DNA of 64,000 nucleotides, from assembly GCA_964016885.1 (NCBI GenBank), contig OZ024740.1, positions 59,520,001-59,584,000 of the forward strand, in the 5' to 3' direction. The translations under genes and the position numbers were made by a program. Of this stretch, positions 59,789 to 64,000 are shown one piece after another; position 1 is the first letter of the stretch, and each line of letters begins with the position of its first letter. The stretch is from Eledone cirrhosa. Taxonomy: Eukaryota. The notes under the pieces were generated by a model, which was not told the origin of the DNA, did no database searches, and saw nothing but the letters and a program-made list of their open reading frames with translations.

Positions 59789-62700
59789 TGCTAATTACCC
59801 CATATCCCTCCCGCCCGCCCCTACTCTCCACCATTATTATTTGGACCAATCATAAGTCAGCAGCCTATGCTATCACTTCTCCTGGTTGCTTTTCGATATG
59901 ATGGATGGACTAAGGAATTCTGGAGAGTCTGAAGAATCTGGACACTCAGTGACAATGCCAAAGATTACGACAAATTCACCTCATGCTGCTGGACGAAAAG
60001 GCAAGGACTCCTCCTCTTTGTTTCGGCCGCGGATGGCCAACATAACCCCAACCCCATCCCCCTCACCCCTCTGCGTGCCCCACCCACCAAACGCAATCCA
60101 AAACTTCAGAGTTGGTACCATGAATGTAGGCACCTTAAAAGGTCGCTCTAACGAGGTTGTAGAAATGCTTGAACGTAAGGAGGTTGATGTTTGTTGTATC
60201 CAAGAGACCAAGTGGAGGGGCGGGTCTGCTAGATTCATTGTGGGTAAAAAACGATGCTATAAGCTTTTCTGGGTGGGACATGACAATGGGCTGGGTGGAG
60301 TAGGAATCATATTAGAAGAAAAATGGGCGGATAAGATAATAGACGTAAATAGAGTGAACGACAGAATAATTAAAATAAGACTTGTTCTAAATAGAACTAC
60401 TGTGACAGTAATATCTGCTTACGCACCCCAATCCGGACTGCCTGGCGCTATAAAAGACAGATTCTATGAGACACTGATGCTCACTACCTCCCAAATAACT
60501 GACAGTGACTATATAATTATTGCTGGTGACCTAAATGGTCACGTTGGACAACATTGTGACGGCTATGACGGAATCCATGGAGGCTATGTGTTTGGTACTA
60601 GAAATGAGGAAGGCTCCAGAATACTGGAATTCTGTGACGTAAATAATCTAACTATCTGTAACACTAACTTCAAAAAACGAGACAATCACTTTATCACCTA
60701 TAGATCCGGGGAACACACAAGCCAGGTAGATTATATCCTTACCAGAAGACGTGACAGAGTGTCTGTTGTAAACACTAAATCCCTCCCCCATGAACAATGC
60801 ACCTCTCAACATAGACTGATAATTAGCGACCTCATAGTCAGGACGAGACGTACTCGACAACAGAAGAGGACTATCCTCAGGAGATAAAATATGGAAACTA
60901 AAGGACCCCACAGCCAGTAATAAATTTAAAAGCATATTACTTGATGCTTTCGACAGTAAGGAAGAGCAATTAGAGTCGTACAATATAGAGGAACAGTGGG
61001 AATTCCTGAAAGCAAACCTGCTGATGGCGGCAGATGAAGTCTGTGGCTGGAGCAGGCCTATAGGCAGGAGGAGAGTAACGTGGTGGTGGAACAGTAAGGT
61101 GGAGGAGTCAATTAAGGCCAAAAAGCAGGCTTGGAAAGTATGGCGGGATGGGGGAAGTAGAGAAGACTACCAAGTGGCCAGGAGGGAAGCTAGGAGACAA
61201 GTGTACTTTGCAAGAAAGGAAGCAGAGGAAAGAAAGTTCAAGCATGTTCTACAACGCGAGGACCAAAAACGTGAGGTGTTCAGGATTGCTAGGCAATGTG
61301 TCAAGGAAAACCGTGATATTGTCGGGGAGAAGTGTGTCCTTAATGATGATGGTGTACTTGCCATCACTGACGCTGATAAGAAGGTAGCTTGGAAGTGTCA
61401 CTACGAAAGGCTACTAAATGAGGAGAATAAATGGGAGAAAGACAGTCTCCCACACATCGATCCAATAGAGGGACCAGCAGTGTTAGTCGAAGGTAGTATA
61501 ATAAGTAAGGCAATCAAAGATATGAAGACGGGTAAGGCGGCTGGGCCTTTGGAAATAATTGCTGAAATGCTGAAAGCTTCTGGAACGGTGGGACACACTA
61601 TGGTCACCCGGATAGTAAACCAAGTCATACAGAATGAGGTTGTTCCGAAGGACTGGCGTAGCAGCATCATCATTAACTGCTACAAGGGTAAAGGAGATGC
61701 CCTAGATAGGAGTAACTATAGAGGCATTAAATTAATCGACCAGGTCATGAAGGTCACAGAAAAAGTAATAGCGCAACTAATCAGAGAGCGAATTGATCTA
61801 GATGAAATGCAGTTCGGGTAAAAGTACCACAGACGCTCTTTTCATTATACGACAACTACAGGAGAAGTACCTAGCTAAAAGTAAACCCCTATACTTAGCT
61901 TTTGTCGACATGGAGAAAGCCTTTGACAGAGTCCTCCGTTCCATTATCTGGTGGGCTCTTAGAAAACTAGGTGTTGATGAATGGCTTGTGAGAGCTATAC
62001 AAGCCATGTATAAAGAAACAGTCAGCAAGGTTAGAATTAACAACGAATATAGTGAAGAGTTTAGCGTAAAAGTTGGTGTTCATCAGGGCTCCATTCTTAG
62101 CCCCCTACTATTTATTATTGCCCTTCAGGCTATAACAAAGGAGTTCAAGACCGGCTGCCTATGAGAACTCCTATACGCAGATGATCTAACGCTCATAGCT
62201 GAATCAATGGCTGAACTAGAGAAGAAATTCCAAACATGGAAGCATGGCCTAGAATCAAAAGGCCTTAAAATTAACCTGTCTAAGACTAAAGTTATAGTTT
62301 GTAGGAAGGAAAATAGGGCACCGGTCCCATCCGGGAAATGGCCATGCTCAGTGTGTAGGAATGGAGTAGGCAGAAACTCCATTTTATGTCCCAAATGCAA
62401 AGTATGGGTGCATAAAAGATGTAGTGGGATCACAGGTAAGCTAACTAAGAATATATGTGGCCGCTGCTCTGGTGCAATAAGTAGCAGCAAGTGCCCACAG
62501 AATACTAGCTTATTCCATTGCACAGATGGTTCTACAGAAATAGTGGACACCCTCCGTTACTTGGGTGACAAAATCAGCAGTGGTGGAGGGTGCTCTGAAA
62601 GTACAGTAGCTAGAGTCAGAACTGGATGGAAAAAGTTCAGAGAACTTATACCACTATTAGCCGCTAAAGGGTTCTCTCTAAAAATGAAAGGCAGGCTGTA

Positions 62701-63491
62701 TGATGCCTGCATACGAACAGCAATGTTACATGGCAGTGAGACCTGGGCATTGTGTGCAGAGGATATACGCAGCCTGGAGAGGAACGAAGCTTGCATGCTC
62801 CGCTGAATGTGTAATAGTAACATACGTGAACGGCAAAGCATAAACGAACTAAGGGAAAAATTAGAAATAAGAAGGATCAGATGTTGTTTACTCGAGAGAA
62901 GACTACTTTGGTACGGTCAAGTGATGCGCATGAAAGCCGACAGCTGTATAAAAAAGTGCAGGGCAATAAAAATAGATGGTAACCACGGAGTAGGCAGACC
63001 CAGAAAAACCTGGGACGACCTGATAAATTCCGACCTCACACACTTACACCTCTCCAAGTCAATGTCACTGGACTGAGATTTCTGGCGCTACACAGTAATA
63101 CAGAAGACCCACCTTACCTAAGTACAAAGTAAAACCTACTACAATCAGTAGGCATCTCTAACAAAAATACACCTCTGTCCCACTACCCCCACCCCATCCA
63201 CACCACCCCTTTCAATGTCAAGTTATGTTGGTACCACAACATACAGTCCGAAACAAATGAGGTCATGTAGGTGTCATAACAAAAAAAAACACACAGTCCA
63301 CGCTGTAATGTGGCCATGTAGGTAACACGCTAAAAACCTCCCAGTCCACACTGTAAACGTGGTTGGTGTTAGGAAGTGCATCCAGCCGTAGAAAACCCGC
63401 CAGACAGTCCTAAGCGAGCAAAACAACCACTCTTGCCTCAAGTGGGAAAACTCCCGTCCAAACCCATGCAAGCGTGGAAGATGGCCGTTAA

Positions 63492-63520
<29 letters not shown>
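59403..63520 (+). mobile_element. Full-length but disabled RTE LINE
   Basis: Colinear with 12080-15873; frameshift near 60885, small deletion near 61817, TGA stops at about 62162, 62804 and 63074; 3' UTR and (ATG)n tail. Confidence 0.93.
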
Positions 63521-63523
<3 letters not shown>

Positions 63524-63817
63524 TATTAGGTTTTTAATTGCTTATGTGAGTTTCTACTATACAACCTGGTACACCTCTGTGTTTCTGAAGTATATGTAGT
63601 ATTGCAGTCTTTTGAGTATGTAGAATTGTGTTTGTAGGGCTTGATTAAAACCTTCAGAGGCCCTAAGCATTAAAATGGTTATGGTACACTCAGGTTAGCT
63701 TTGCCTTTCATCCTTACGAGGGTTGATAAATAAAGCAGCAGTAACACACTGGGATCGATTTAATTGACTTTCTCCTCCCTTCAAATTGCTGACCTTGTGC
63801 CAAAACTAGAAACAATA

Positions 63818-63818
63818 T

Positions 63819-63858
<40 letters not shown>

Positions 63859-63895
63859 GGTGGTGGTGGTGGTGGTGGTTGTAGCAGTAGTAGTG

Positions 63896-63960
<65 letters not shown>

Positions 63961-64000
63961 GGTGGTAGTTGTAACAGTAGTAGTGGTAGTTGTTGTTGTA
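63818..64000. repeat. (TAG)n/(TGG)n compound microsatellite
   Basis: Follows a SINE A fragment (63690-63820). Confidence 0.95.

Noticed and set aside
59397-59849. 150-aa minus-strand ORF with 57-aa repeats
   Set aside because: A by-product of the 171-bp tandem (a multiple of three); there is no counterpart in the sister element.

Overview
AT-rich, microsatellite-dense eukaryotic DNA made almost entirely of transposable elements. The mix of RTE LINEs with (ATG)n tails, tRNA-headed SINEs, R4/Dong, Penelope and TA microsatellites suggests a mollusc, probably a cephalopod; this is an inference. I found no intact host gene. The window holds one apparently intact full-length RTE LINE (11487-15873; APE endonuclease plus RT with a PHD-type zinc finger inside the RT), a disabled full-length sister copy (59403-63520) and several 5'-truncated RTE copies. 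It also holds a young 5'-truncated Tx1/L1 element inserted in a TTAA MITE, fragments of R4/Dong-like and CRE-like elements, Penelope RT and pseudo-LTR remnants, several MITEs and more than 20 SINE copies. Most interesting: (1) compact type I hammerhead ribozymes sharing a non-canonical CCGANGA core and a palindromic ACAAUUGU stem III, one on the same strand just upstream of the intact RTE; (2) unrelated tandem monomer 5' ends on two closely related RTEs; (3) apparent microsatellite- or MITE-targeted insertion by several elements; (4) scattered, heavily decayed leucine-rich-repeat gene remnants between the TEs.
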